A stretch of 64,000 nt of DNA from contig CAMOXN010000001.1 of assembly GCA_946629175.1 (NCBI GenBank), positions 2,192 through 66,191 on the forward strand, read 5' to 3'. The position numbers and the translations under genes were made by a program. A model generated the notes under the pieces. The model was not told the DNA's origin, ran no database searches, and worked only from the letters and a program-made list of their open reading frames with translations. Shown here piece after piece: positions 9,623 through 17,604 of this stretch; the stretch's first letter is position 1, and each line of letters starts with the position of its first letter. This DNA is from an uncultured Lachnospiraceae bacterium (GTDB taxonomy: Bacteria > Bacillota > Clostridia > Lachnospirales > Lachnospiraceae).

Positions 9623-9652
9623 TTGACAAAGCCGTATGGCGGGGATTAGAAT
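9623..9652 (+). promoter_or_regulatory. Putative sigmaA promoter of leuS
   Basis: TTGACA (9623-9628), 18 bp spacer, TAGAAT (9647-9652). Confidence 0.6.
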
Positions 9653-9708
9653 GTACAGGACGTTTGTCTTAGCCAAACGAACAGGAGAATGAAAGGAATC
9701 TGTATCTC

Positions 9709-12111
9709 ATGAAGTACGAGTATAAGAAGATTGAACCGAAGTGGCAGAAGAGATGGGAGGACGCCGGACTCTTTGAGGCGAAGGATCACAGCGACAAGCC
9801 TAAGTTCTACGGGCTTGTGGAATTTCCTTATCCCAGCGGCGCAGGCATGCATGTCGGCCATATCAAGGCTTACAGCAGCATGGAAGTCCTGTCCAGAAAG
9901 CGCAGGATGCAGGGATACAATGTCCTGTTCCCGATCGGCTATGACGCTTTCGGTCTTCCTACCGAGAACTATGCCATCAAGACCAATACACATCCCAGGG
10001 AGATCACGGATGTCAACATCGAGAAGTTCTCCGGACAGCTCAGGAGCGTCGGTTTCTCCTTCGACTGGTCCAGAACGATAGATACTTCCAAGGACGATTA
10101 TTACAGGTGGACGCAGTGGATCTTTTTGAAGCTTTTTGACCACGGCCTTGTCTTCAGGGACAAGACGCTCGTCAACTATTGCCCTCACTGCAAGGTCGTT
10201 CTCTCCAACGAGGACAGCCAGGGCGGTAAGTGCGATATCTGCCATACGGACGTGATCCAGCTCCCCAAGGACGTCTGGTACCTCAAGATCACGGATTACG
10301 CGGATAAGCTCCTGAGCGGGCTCGACGATGTCGACTACCCTGAGGCCATCAAGCAGCAGGAAGTCAACTGGATCGGCAAATCCACCGGCGCTTTCGTCGA
10401 TTTCACGATCGACGGCATCGATGAGAAGCTTGAGATCTATACGACCCGTCCCGATACACTGTTCGGCGTTACCTTCATGGTCATGGCGCCTGAGCATCCT
10501 ATGATCGACAAGTATGCGGACAGGATCTCCAATATGGACGCGATAGGTGCTTACAGGGATGAGTGCGCGAAAAAGACCGAGTTCGAGAGGACCCAGCTCG
10601 TAAAGGACAAGACCGGTCTCAAGATCGAAGGCCTTGAAGCGGTCAATCCCGTGAACGGCAAGAAGATCCCGATCTTCATCGCGGATTATGTCATGATGGG
10701 ATACGGCACCGGCGCGATCATGGCAGTCCCTGCACACGACCAGAGAGACTGGGATTTCGCGCACGAATTCGGCATCGACGTCATCGAGGTCATTAAGGGC
10801 GGTGATATCTCCAAAGAGGCGTATACGGGCGACGGCATGATGGTGAACTCCGATTATCTCAACGGATTTACCAACAAGAAGGATTCCATCGCCAGGATGA
10901 TCGAAGTCCTTGAGGAGAAGGGGATCGGCCATGCGGGCATCCAGTTCAAGATGAAGGACTGGGCCTTCAACCGCCAGAGATACTGGGGAGAGCCCATTCC
11001 GCTGATCCACTGCCCTAAGTGCGGCGTCGTGGGCGTTCCTTACGAAGAACTTCCTCTGAGACTCCCTGAAGTCAAGGATTTTGAGCCCGGCGAGGACGGC
11101 AAATCGCCTCTTGCGCGGATCGAGTCCTTTGTGAAATGCAAGTGCCCCAAGTGCGGAGGCGACGCGGAGAGAGAGACCGACACAATGCCCCAGTGGGCGG
11201 GAAGCTCCTGGTACTTCCTCCGTTACTGTGACCCTCACAATGACAAGGCTTTCGCGGACAGGGACAAGATCAACTACTGGATGCCTGTCGACTGGTATAA
11301 CGGCGGCATGGAGCACGTGACCAGGCACCTGATCTATTCCAGGTTCTGGCACCACTTCCTCTATGACATCGGAGAAGTGAATACTCCCGAGCCCTATTCC
11401 AAACGCTCTGCGCAGGGCATGATCCTGGGCGCGGACGGAGAGAAGATGAGTAAATCCAGAGGCAATGTTGTTGACCCGCTGGACATCGTCAATCAGTACG
11501 GCGCGGATACGCTCAGGGTCTATGTGCTGTTCATGGGCGACTACGGCAGCGCAGCTCCCTGGAACGACAGCTCCGTCAAGGGCTGCCGCAGGTTCCTTGA
11601 GCGCGTAGCCGGTCTCACGGATCTCGTCACTGACGAAAAGAAAGCGGTCGCATATGAGACGCTGCTCCACAAGACGATCAAGAAGGTCACGGACGACATA
11701 GAGTCCATGAAGTTCAACACGGCGATCGCGGCTCTCATGACGCTTCTCAATGAGATCTACAAAGAGGGCAGCATCTCCAGGGAAGACCTCGTGATCTTCT
11801 TAAAGCTCCTTTCTCCTTTTGCTCCTCACATCACGGAGGAGATCTACGAGTTCCTCGGCGGAGAAGGGTTCCTGACCGTTTCCGAGTGGCCGGAGTACGA
11901 CGAAGCCAAGACTGTTGACGCGACCGTTGAGGTCGGCGTGCAGGTCAACGGCAAAGTGCGCGCGGCGGTCTCTATCCCCGCGGACTGCGACAAGGATACA
12001 GCCATGGCTGCAGCCAAGGCCAATGAGAGAGTGGCCTCCTTCCTTGAAGGAAAGAAGATCGTCAAGGAGATCTTCGTGCCCGGAAAGATCATCAACATCG
12101 TAGTTAAATAA
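9709..12111 (+). CDS. leuS: Leucine--tRNA ligase
   Basis: FPYPSGAGMHVGH (HIGH motif), TTRPDTLFG and GTGAIMAVPAHDQRD (CP1 editing domain), KMSKS, C-terminal VQVNGKVR. Confidence 0.97.
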   Translation: MKYEYKKIEPKWQKRWEDAGLFEAKDHSDKPKFYGLVEFPYPSGAGMHVGHIKAYSSMEVLSRKRRMQGYNVLFPIGYDAFGLPTENYAIKTNTHPREITDVNIEKFSGQLRSVGFSFDWSRTIDTSKDDYYRWTQWIFLKLFDHGLVFRDKTLVNYCPHCKVVLSNEDSQGGKCDICHTDVIQLPKDVWYLKITDYADKLLSGLDDVDYPEAIKQQEVNWIGKSTGAFVDFTIDGIDEKLEIYTTRPDTLFGVTFMVMAPEHPMIDKYADRISNMDAIGAYRDECAKKTEFERTQLVKDKTGLKIEGLEAVNPVNGKKIPIFIADYVMMGYGTGAIMAVPAHDQRDWDFAHEFGIDVIEVIKGGDISKEAYTGDGMMVNSDYLNGFTNKKDSIARMIEVLEEKGIGHAGIQFKMKDWAFNRQRYWGEPIPLIHCPKCGVVGVPYEELPLRLPEVKDFEPGEDGKSPLARIESFVKCKCPKCGGDAERETDTMPQWAGSSWYFLRYCDPHNDKAFADRDKINYWMPVDWYNGGMEHVTRHLIYSRFWHHFLYDIGEVNTPEPYSKRSAQGMILGADGEKMSKSRGNVVDPLDIVNQYGADTLRVYVLFMGDYGSAAPWNDSSVKGCRRFLERVAGLTDLVTDEKKAVAYETLLHKTIKKVTDDIESMKFNTAIAALMTLLNEIYKEGSISREDLVIFLKLLSPFAPHITEEIYEFLGGEGFLTVSEWPEYDEAKTVDATVEVGVQVNGKVRAAVSIPADCDKDTAMAAAKANERVASFLEGKKIVKEIFVPGKIINIVVK

Positions 12112-12122
12112 TGCATGGTTTT

Positions 12123-12262
12123 AAGCCGGCTGTATGCCCGTCGGATGCTCACGTTCCTAATGCTATCCGCCGGGCATACAGCCGGCTTTCTCCATGCCTC
12201 TCAAGCTATCCGCCGGGCATACAGCCGGCTTTTTTCATGTCTCTAAGCTATCTGCCGGGTAT
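12123..12262. repeat. Palindromic REP-like element whose right arm is tandemly repeated; probably also the leuS terminator
   Basis: Stem AAGCCGGCTGTATGCCCG (12123-12140) / CGGGCATACAGCCGGCTT (12171-12188); 42-43 bp units start at 12162, 12205 and (partial) 12247; the 46 bp core recurs inverted at 16620-16665. Confidence 0.85.
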
Positions 12263-12277
12263 CGGAATAAGTAGCGA

Positions 12278-12308
12278 TTGACATTAATGTATTAAATGTA
12301 TACAATTA
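12278..12308 (+). promoter_or_regulatory. sigmaA promoter of gntR-icd with an overlapping TGTATACA palindrome (putative GntR/FadR operator)
   Basis: TTGACA (12278-12283), 17 bp spacer, TACAAT (12301-12306); ATGTATACAA overlaps the -10. Confidence 0.7.
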
Positions 12309-12411
12309 TGCATAGCGCACTGCCGGTTTGGACTTGTGTCCGGCATGCGCGGAAAAAACTTATATGATCGTATATGGAAATGCGGGTTGGGGTCCGCGGA
12401 TTGGAGAAGGA

Positions 12412-13110
12412 ATGAACAGCGAGTATGACTTTAACAGGGACGTCTCCGATAAGTATTCTTTGCGGGGAAGAGTGTTCAGTAAGATCCGCAGCGATATTTT
12501 GAACGGACGATACAAAGAACATGAGGAACTGAAGGAAATCCGGATCGGGAAAGAGCTTGGGGTCTCGAGAACACCGGTCAGGGAAGCGCTGAGGCAGCTG
12601 GAACTGGAAGGCCTGGTACAGATCATTCCCAACAGGGGAGCGTTCGTGACGGGAATACAGGAGAATGATGTTTGCGACATCTACGCGATCAGGGCTCTGC
12701 TGGAGGGACTGTGCGCCAGATGGGCGACAGAGAGGATCACTCCGGAGCAGCTCGAAGCGATGGAAGAAAACGTCTATCTGGCGGAATTTCATGCGGGAAA
12801 AGGCCATATGGAACAGATGGCGGAACTTGACAACCAGTTCCACCTGATCCTGTACGAGGCAAGCGGATCGAAGATGCTGGAACACCTTCTGGTGGACTAT
12901 CACTCATACGTGATGCGGGTCAGAAGGAAAACGCTGTCCAAGACGGAGAGAAGCACTGCTTCCAACAAGGAGCACAGGGCGATCATGGAGGCGATCCGCG
13001 CCGGCAAGGCTGACCTGGCTGAGCGGCTGGCCAATGAACATATGAAGAAAGCATATGAGAACATGGTCAGGAACGGCCTGCATGACATATATAAGAGCTC
13101 AGAGGAATGA
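12412..13110 (+). CDS. GntR/FadR-family transcriptional regulator (wHTH + FCD domain)
   Basis: ELGVSRTPVREALRQLELEGLV...PNRGAFV; FCD motifs FH...ASG and EHRAI; ATG at 12412 after a GGAGAAGG RBS. Confidence 0.9.
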   Translation: MNSEYDFNRDVSDKYSLRGRVFSKIRSDILNGRYKEHEELKEIRIGKELGVSRTPVREALRQLELEGLVQIIPNRGAFVTGIQENDVCDIYAIRALLEGLCARWATERITPEQLEAMEENVYLAEFHAGKGHMEQMAELDNQFHLILYEASGSKMLEHLLVDYHSYVMRVRRKTLSKTERSTASNKEHRAIMEAIRAGKADLAERLANEHMKKAYENMVRNGLHDIYKSSEE

Positions 13111-13154
13111 CCGGAGACCGGGACACAATTAACAGAAACGTTTGGAGGTTGTAA

Positions 13155-14366
13155 ATGCAGAAGATTCAGATGAAGACCCCGTTGGTTGAGATGGATGGAG
13201 ATGAGATGACAAGGATCATCTGGAAGATGATCAAGGACGATCTCCTTCTTCCCTTTATCGATCTCAGGACCGAGTACTACGATCTCGGGCTTGTGAAAAG
13301 AGACGAGACGGACGACCGGATCACGGTCGAAGCGGCGGAAGCGACCAAAAAATACGGCGTTGCCGTCAAATGCGCTACGATCACGCCGAATGCGGCCAGA
13401 ATGGAAGAGTACAAGCTCCACAGGATGTATAAGAGTCCCAACGCGACGATCCGGGCAGCGCTTGACGGCACGGTCTTCAGGGCGCCGATCCTGGTGAAAG
13501 GGATCGATCCCTATGTGCGCACCTGGAAAAAGCCCATCACGATGGCACGTCACGCTTACGGCGATGTCTATAAGAACGTGGAGATCAAGGTAGAAGGCGC
13601 AGGCACGGCGGAGCTCGTGTTCACGGCGGCCGACGGAACGGTGACAAGAAAGACCATTCAGGAATTCAAGGGTCCCGGCATCCTTCAGGGGACCCATAAC
13701 CTCGACAGTTCCATCGAGGGATTTGCCCGCAGCTGCTTCGAATACGCGCTGAGCGTGAAGCAGGATCTCTGGTTCTCGACGAAAGATACGATCTCCAAGA
13801 CCTATGACGGGAACTTCAAGGAGATCTTCCAGAGGATCTTTGATACGGAGTACAAGGAAAAATTCGATGCCATCGGCACGGAGTATTTTTATACCCTGAT
13901 CGACGACGCGGTCGCGCGTGTCATCCGCTCCGAAGGCGGCTTTGTCTGGGCGCTCAAGAACTACGACGGAGACGTGATGAGCGATATGACAGCTACCGCT
14001 TTCGGCTCTCTGGCGATGATGACTTCCATTCTTGTATCTCCCGCGGGATATTACGAGTACGAAGCCGCGCACGGGACCGTGCAGAGACACTATTACAAGC
14101 ACCTGAAAGGGGAGAAGACTTCCACGAACTCCGTCGCGACGATCTTTGCCTGGAGCGGCGCGCTCAGAAAGAGGGGAGAGCTGGACGGCCTTGATGACCT
14201 TGTCAGATTCGCGGATCTTCTGGACGAGGCGACGATCGAGACGATCGAATCCGGAAAGATGACGGGCGATCTCGCGCTGATCACTTCCCTTCCCAATGTT
14301 CAGAAGCTTGGGACAGAAGAGTTCATCCTTGCGATAAAGGATGTGCTGGAGCAGAAACTGAAATAA
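13155..14366 (+). CDS. icd: NADP-dependent isocitrate dehydrogenase (eukaryote-like subfamily)
   Basis: VEMDGDEMTRIIW, KCATITP, SPNATIR, KNYDGDV, EAAHGTVQRHY, TSTNS. Confidence 0.95.
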   Translation: MQKIQMKTPLVEMDGDEMTRIIWKMIKDDLLLPFIDLRTEYYDLGLVKRDETDDRITVEAAEATKKYGVAVKCATITPNAARMEEYKLHRMYKSPNATIRAALDGTVFRAPILVKGIDPYVRTWKKPITMARHAYGDVYKNVEIKVEGAGTAELVFTAADGTVTRKTIQEFKGPGILQGTHNLDSSIEGFARSCFEYALSVKQDLWFSTKDTISKTYDGNFKEIFQRIFDTEYKEKFDAIGTEYFYTLIDDAVARVIRSEGGFVWALKNYDGDVMSDMTATAFGSLAMMTSILVSPAGYYEYEAAHGTVQRHYYKHLKGEKTSTNSVATIFAWSGALRKRGELDGLDDLVRFADLLDEATIETIESGKMTGDLALITSLPNVQKLGTEEFILAIKDVLEQKLK

Positions 14367-14391
14367 TTGACCGCAGAGACAATTCGGCATG

Positions 14392-14418
14392 GAAAAAGGG
14401 GGCGTCAGCCCCCTTTTT
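14392..14418. terminator. Bidirectional intrinsic terminator between the convergent icd and ABC-F genes
   Basis: AAAAAGGGGGC-GTCA-GCCCCCTTTTT. Confidence 0.8.
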
Positions 14419-14430
14419 AATTGCCGTTAT

Positions 14431-16491
14431 TCAGACCTGTTCGCTCAGCGTTTCCCACTGCTCGTAGAGCCCTGCGAGTTCCTCCTCGATCTGCTCTTTC
14501 CGGTCGTGCAATCCGGCGAGCTTTCCCGCGTTCGAATAGTTCTCAGGGAGCGCCATCTGTTCTTCGATCGAAGCGATCTCTTCCTCAAAAGCGGCGATCT
14601 TATCTTCGCACTTGCGAAGGTCGTTGGCTGCTTTCCGAAGCCTTGCCTGCTCCTCTTTCTGCTGCGCCCAGCTCTGCTTTTCAGGGGAGCCCGACGCGCT
14701 TACTTCAGCGCCGGATGGAACTCTCTTTCCGGGCGCGGAAGCCGCGGCCTTCTCTGTTTTGCCGGAAGAGCTGTTCCCCGGTGTCAAAAGAGAGAGGTCC
14801 GCCGTTCCCTGTCCGTCCCGGTAAGCGTTCTCAAGGAGCGCTTCTTCGACCTGCGCCGACTTCTCAAGATAGAAGTCGTAATTCCCGATAAAGCGTTCCG
14901 GCGCCTTCTCCGCGTTGTTCCCGGGATAATTCAGGAGGACTTTCTGCGTGAGGGAAAGGATCCGGCTCGCCGTGCGGTTGATGAAGTACCGGTCGTGGGA
15001 GACATAGAGGACGGTCCCCTCATAGCTGTTGAGCGCGTTCTCAAGCACCTCCTTGGATACCAGGTCCAAGTGGTTGGTCGGCTCGTCGAGGATCAGGAAA
15101 TTGGCCTTGGAGAGCATCAGTTTGGCGAGGGAAACGCGGCCCTTCTCGCCGCCACTCAGATCGCCGACCCTTTTAAAGACTTCTTCCCCGGTAAAAAGGA
15201 AAGACGCGAGAAGGCTGCGGATCTGCGTGTTGTTCATGGCGGGATACTCGTCGGAGATCTCCTCGAACACCGTCTTGTCATTGTGGAGCACGTGGTGCTC
15301 CTGGTCGTAGTATCCGATGTGGACGTTCGTGCCAAGACGGATAATGCCCCTGTCGGGCGCGACCACTTCGTTGAGGATCCCGAGGATCGTTGATTTGCCG
15401 GTGCCGTTGTCACCGATCAGAGCGACATGCTCTCCGCGGCGGATCTTGAAGGAGATGCCGGAAAAGAGCTGTTTCTCCCCGTAGGATTTGGCGAGGTCTT
15501 CTACACTGAGGACCTCCCGTCCGCTCTTGATACAGGGGGTGAAGACAAGGTGCATATCGTCTCTGATGTCGACGGGCTTTTCCAGGACTTCTGTCTTTTG
15601 CAGGAGCTTCTCGCGGCTCTCCGCCCGCCTGATCGACTTTTCACGATTGAAACGCCTCAGCTTCTCAATGACCTCTTCCTGGTGGCGGATCTGCGCCTGG
15701 TTGTTGAGGTAGGCGTGATACTGCTGCTCCCGGAGCGCTTTTTTCCTCTCCGCGTAGACAGAGTAATTCCCGTTAAAGAGCATACATCTGCCGTTCTCAA
15801 GTTCGACGATCTTAGAAACTGTCTTATCGAGGAAATACCGGTCGTGAGAGACGATGAGGACTGTCCCCTTATAATTCGACAGGTAGGTCTCGAGCCAGCG
15901 GATACTGTTCATGTCAAGATGGTTCGTGGGCTCGTCGAGCATGATGAGGTCGGGCTTTCCGATAAGAAGCTTGGAGAGCGCGACACGGGTCCGCTGTCCG
16001 CCGGAGAGGGTGGCCACGGGCTGGTCATATTCCGCCTGGGTGAATCCGAGACCCTTGAGGACGCCGGTCACTTCTCCCCTGTAGGCATAACCGTTCTCCC
16101 GCTCAAAGGCATGGAGGAGATCCGTGTAAGCGGCGATCGTTTCGGTCAGCGCTTCCCCTTTGAGAACATCCATCTGCCTTTCATACATGCCCAGACGGGC
16201 CTCCATATCGATCAGGTACTGTTTGACAGACAGGACTTCTTCATATACAGTGCGGTCGGAAGAAAGATCCTGGTTCTGAGCAAGGTAACCGATGCTGCAG
16301 TCCCTCTCAAAAGAGACAGTTCCTTCGTCCGCGGTCTCTTCGCCCATGATGATCCTCAGCAGGGTGGTCTTTCCCGCGCCATTGATGCCGATCACGGCCG
16401 CTTTGTCGCCTTTTTCCAGATGAAATGTTATGTCGCGGAGAACAATGTTCTCCGGGTATTCTTTACTTATATGATGACATGCAAGGATCAT
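14431..16491 (-). CDS. ABC-F family ribosome-associated ATPase (YdiF/YheS-like) with a C-terminal coiled coil
   Basis: Two ATPase domains (GINGAGKT, LSGGQ, LDEPTNHLD; GDNGTGKS, LSGGE, LDEPTNHLD); no TM segments. Confidence 0.9.
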   Translation of the reverse strand: MILACHHISKEYPENIVLRDITFHLEKGDKAAVIGINGAGKTTLLRIIMGEETADEGTVSFERDCSIGYLAQNQDLSSDRTVYEEVLSVKQYLIDMEARLGMYERQMDVLKGEALTETIAAYTDLLHAFERENGYAYRGEVTGVLKGLGFTQAEYDQPVATLSGGQRTRVALSKLLIGKPDLIMLDEPTNHLDMNSIRWLETYLSNYKGTVLIVSHDRYFLDKTVSKIVELENGRCMLFNGNYSVYAERKKALREQQYHAYLNNQAQIRHQEEVIEKLRRFNREKSIRRAESREKLLQKTEVLEKPVDIRDDMHLVFTPCIKSGREVLSVEDLAKSYGEKQLFSGISFKIRRGEHVALIGDNGTGKSTILGILNEVVAPDRGIIRLGTNVHIGYYDQEHHVLHNDKTVFEEISDEYPAMNNTQIRSLLASFLFTGEEVFKRVGDLSGGEKGRVSLAKLMLSKANFLILDEPTNHLDLVSKEVLENALNSYEGTVLYVSHDRYFINRTASRILSLTQKVLLNYPGNNAEKAPERFIGNYDFYLEKSAQVEEALLENAYRDGQGTADLSLLTPGNSSSGKTEKAAASAPGKRVPSGAEVSASGSPEKQSWAQQKEEQARLRKAANDLRKCEDKIAAFEEEIASIEEQMALPENYSNAGKLAGLHDRKEQIEEELAGLYEQWETLSEQV

Positions 16492-16583
16492 GGATCGATA
16501 CTCTCATTCTTATTCGTAATACTTTTGCCTGCGGATAATATGATAAAGAAAATTATATATAAAGTCAAACCGGCGTGACGTAT

Positions 16584-16701
16584 CCTTTCCGGTACACCGG
16601 CATAGCGGGAGGGAGGATATATGCCCGACGGATAGCATTAGGAACGTGAGCATCCGGCGGGCATATATCCGACCGACACTATGCCCTTGGCACCGGAAGG
16701 G
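16584..16701. repeat. Long imperfect palindrome carrying the second (inverted) copy of the 46 bp REP-like core
   Basis: Inner stem GGATATATGCCCG (16615) / CGGGCATATATCC (16670); outer arms GGCATAG/CTATGCC and CCTTTCCGGT/ACCGGAAGGG. Confidence 0.8.
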
Positions 16702-16732
16702 ACAGGCCCGCCGGTGCGCCTCGCATTTTCAA

Positions 16733-16761
16733 TTGACGTGTTTTTGCGGAATCGATATAAT
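16733..16761 (+). promoter_or_regulatory. sigmaA promoter of rex
   Basis: TTGACG, 17 bp spacer, TATAAT. Confidence 0.7.
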
Positions 16762-16855
16762 TAAATTGATAGATTATACTGCATGATGAAGGATGTCTAT
16801 TGCCCGCGGGCACATATGGGACATTGTATTGTCTCAGAAAGGATGTACAAAACGA

Positions 16856-17494
16856 GTGGAAGAACGGGGGATCTCACAAGCAGTAATAAGTCGGCTGCCC
16901 CGCTATTACAGATATCTTGGCGATCTGAAAAGTGAAGGCGTGGAGAGAATATCTTCACAGGAACTGAGCAGGATCATGCATATCACTGCTTCACAGATCA
17001 GACAGGATTTTAACAATTTCGGAGGATTCGGACAACAGGGTTACGGATATAACACGAACTATCTCTATGATGAGATCGGAAAGATCCTGGGACTTGACAA
17101 GCAGCACGATATGATCCTGATCGGCGCAGGGAAACTCGGCCAGGCGCTTATGAACCATATGAATCTCAAGAACAGAGGGTTCTCTTTCAGAGGCGCGTTC
17201 GATATCGATCCGTCCCTCAATGACAGAGAGATCGCCGGTGTCAGGATCTATCCGATGGAACAGATGCGGGATTTCATCAGCGAGAACAACATTGACATCG
17301 CAGTGCTCACAGTGCCGAAGGCCGCGGCGATCGAGATCACACAGGTACTTTCCGAGACGCCGATCCGGGCGATCTGGAATTTTGCTCACGTGGATCTCAC
17401 GGTACCGGACAGGATCCAGGTAGAGAGCGTGCATCTGCAGGACAGCCTGATGAAGCTGTCTTACAGCATTCGCTGCAACGAGGAGAAGAACTGA
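16856..17494 (+). CDS. rex: Redox-sensing transcriptional repressor Rex
   Basis: RLPRYYRYL, ISSQELS, SQIRQD, FGGFGQQGYGY, GAGKLGQAL, IWNFA; GTG start at 16856 after AGAAAGGA. Confidence 0.95.
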   Translation: MEERGISQAVISRLPRYYRYLGDLKSEGVERISSQELSRIMHITASQIRQDFNNFGGFGQQGYGYNTNYLYDEIGKILGLDKQHDMILIGAGKLGQALMNHMNLKNRGFSFRGAFDIDPSLNDREIAGVRIYPMEQMRDFISENNIDIAVLTVPKAAAIEITQVLSETPIRAIWNFAHVDLTVPDRIQVESVHLQDSLMKLSYSIRCNEEKN

Positions 17495-17524
17495 CGAAAA
17501 GGGTATGTACGGCTGAACTAAGCA

Positions 17525-17560
17525 GCGCCTTTTCCGGATAAGTCCGGGAAAGGCGCTTTT
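17525..17560 (+). terminator. Hairpin/terminator after rex
   Basis: AGCGCCTTTTCCGGA-TAAG-TCCGGGAAAGGCGCT followed by TTT. Confidence 0.6.
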
Positions 17561-17604
17561 GGGTAAGAGCGCCACAGACATTTTTAAAAGAAAGGTGAAC
17601 GATC

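Noticed and set aside
7357-11670. Long antisense ORFs (716 aa and 674 aa) opposite fusA2 and leuS
   Set aside because: Shadow frames of highly biased GC-rich genes; no recognisable motifs or RBS.
12162-12262. Possible CRISPR array
   Set aside because: Units are directly adjacent with no unique spacers, there are only 2.4 copies, and no cas genes are present.
14431-16491. Antibiotic-resistance ABC-F
   Set aside because: Divergent linkage to rex and the overall sequence style fit housekeeping YdiF-like proteins; no mobile context.
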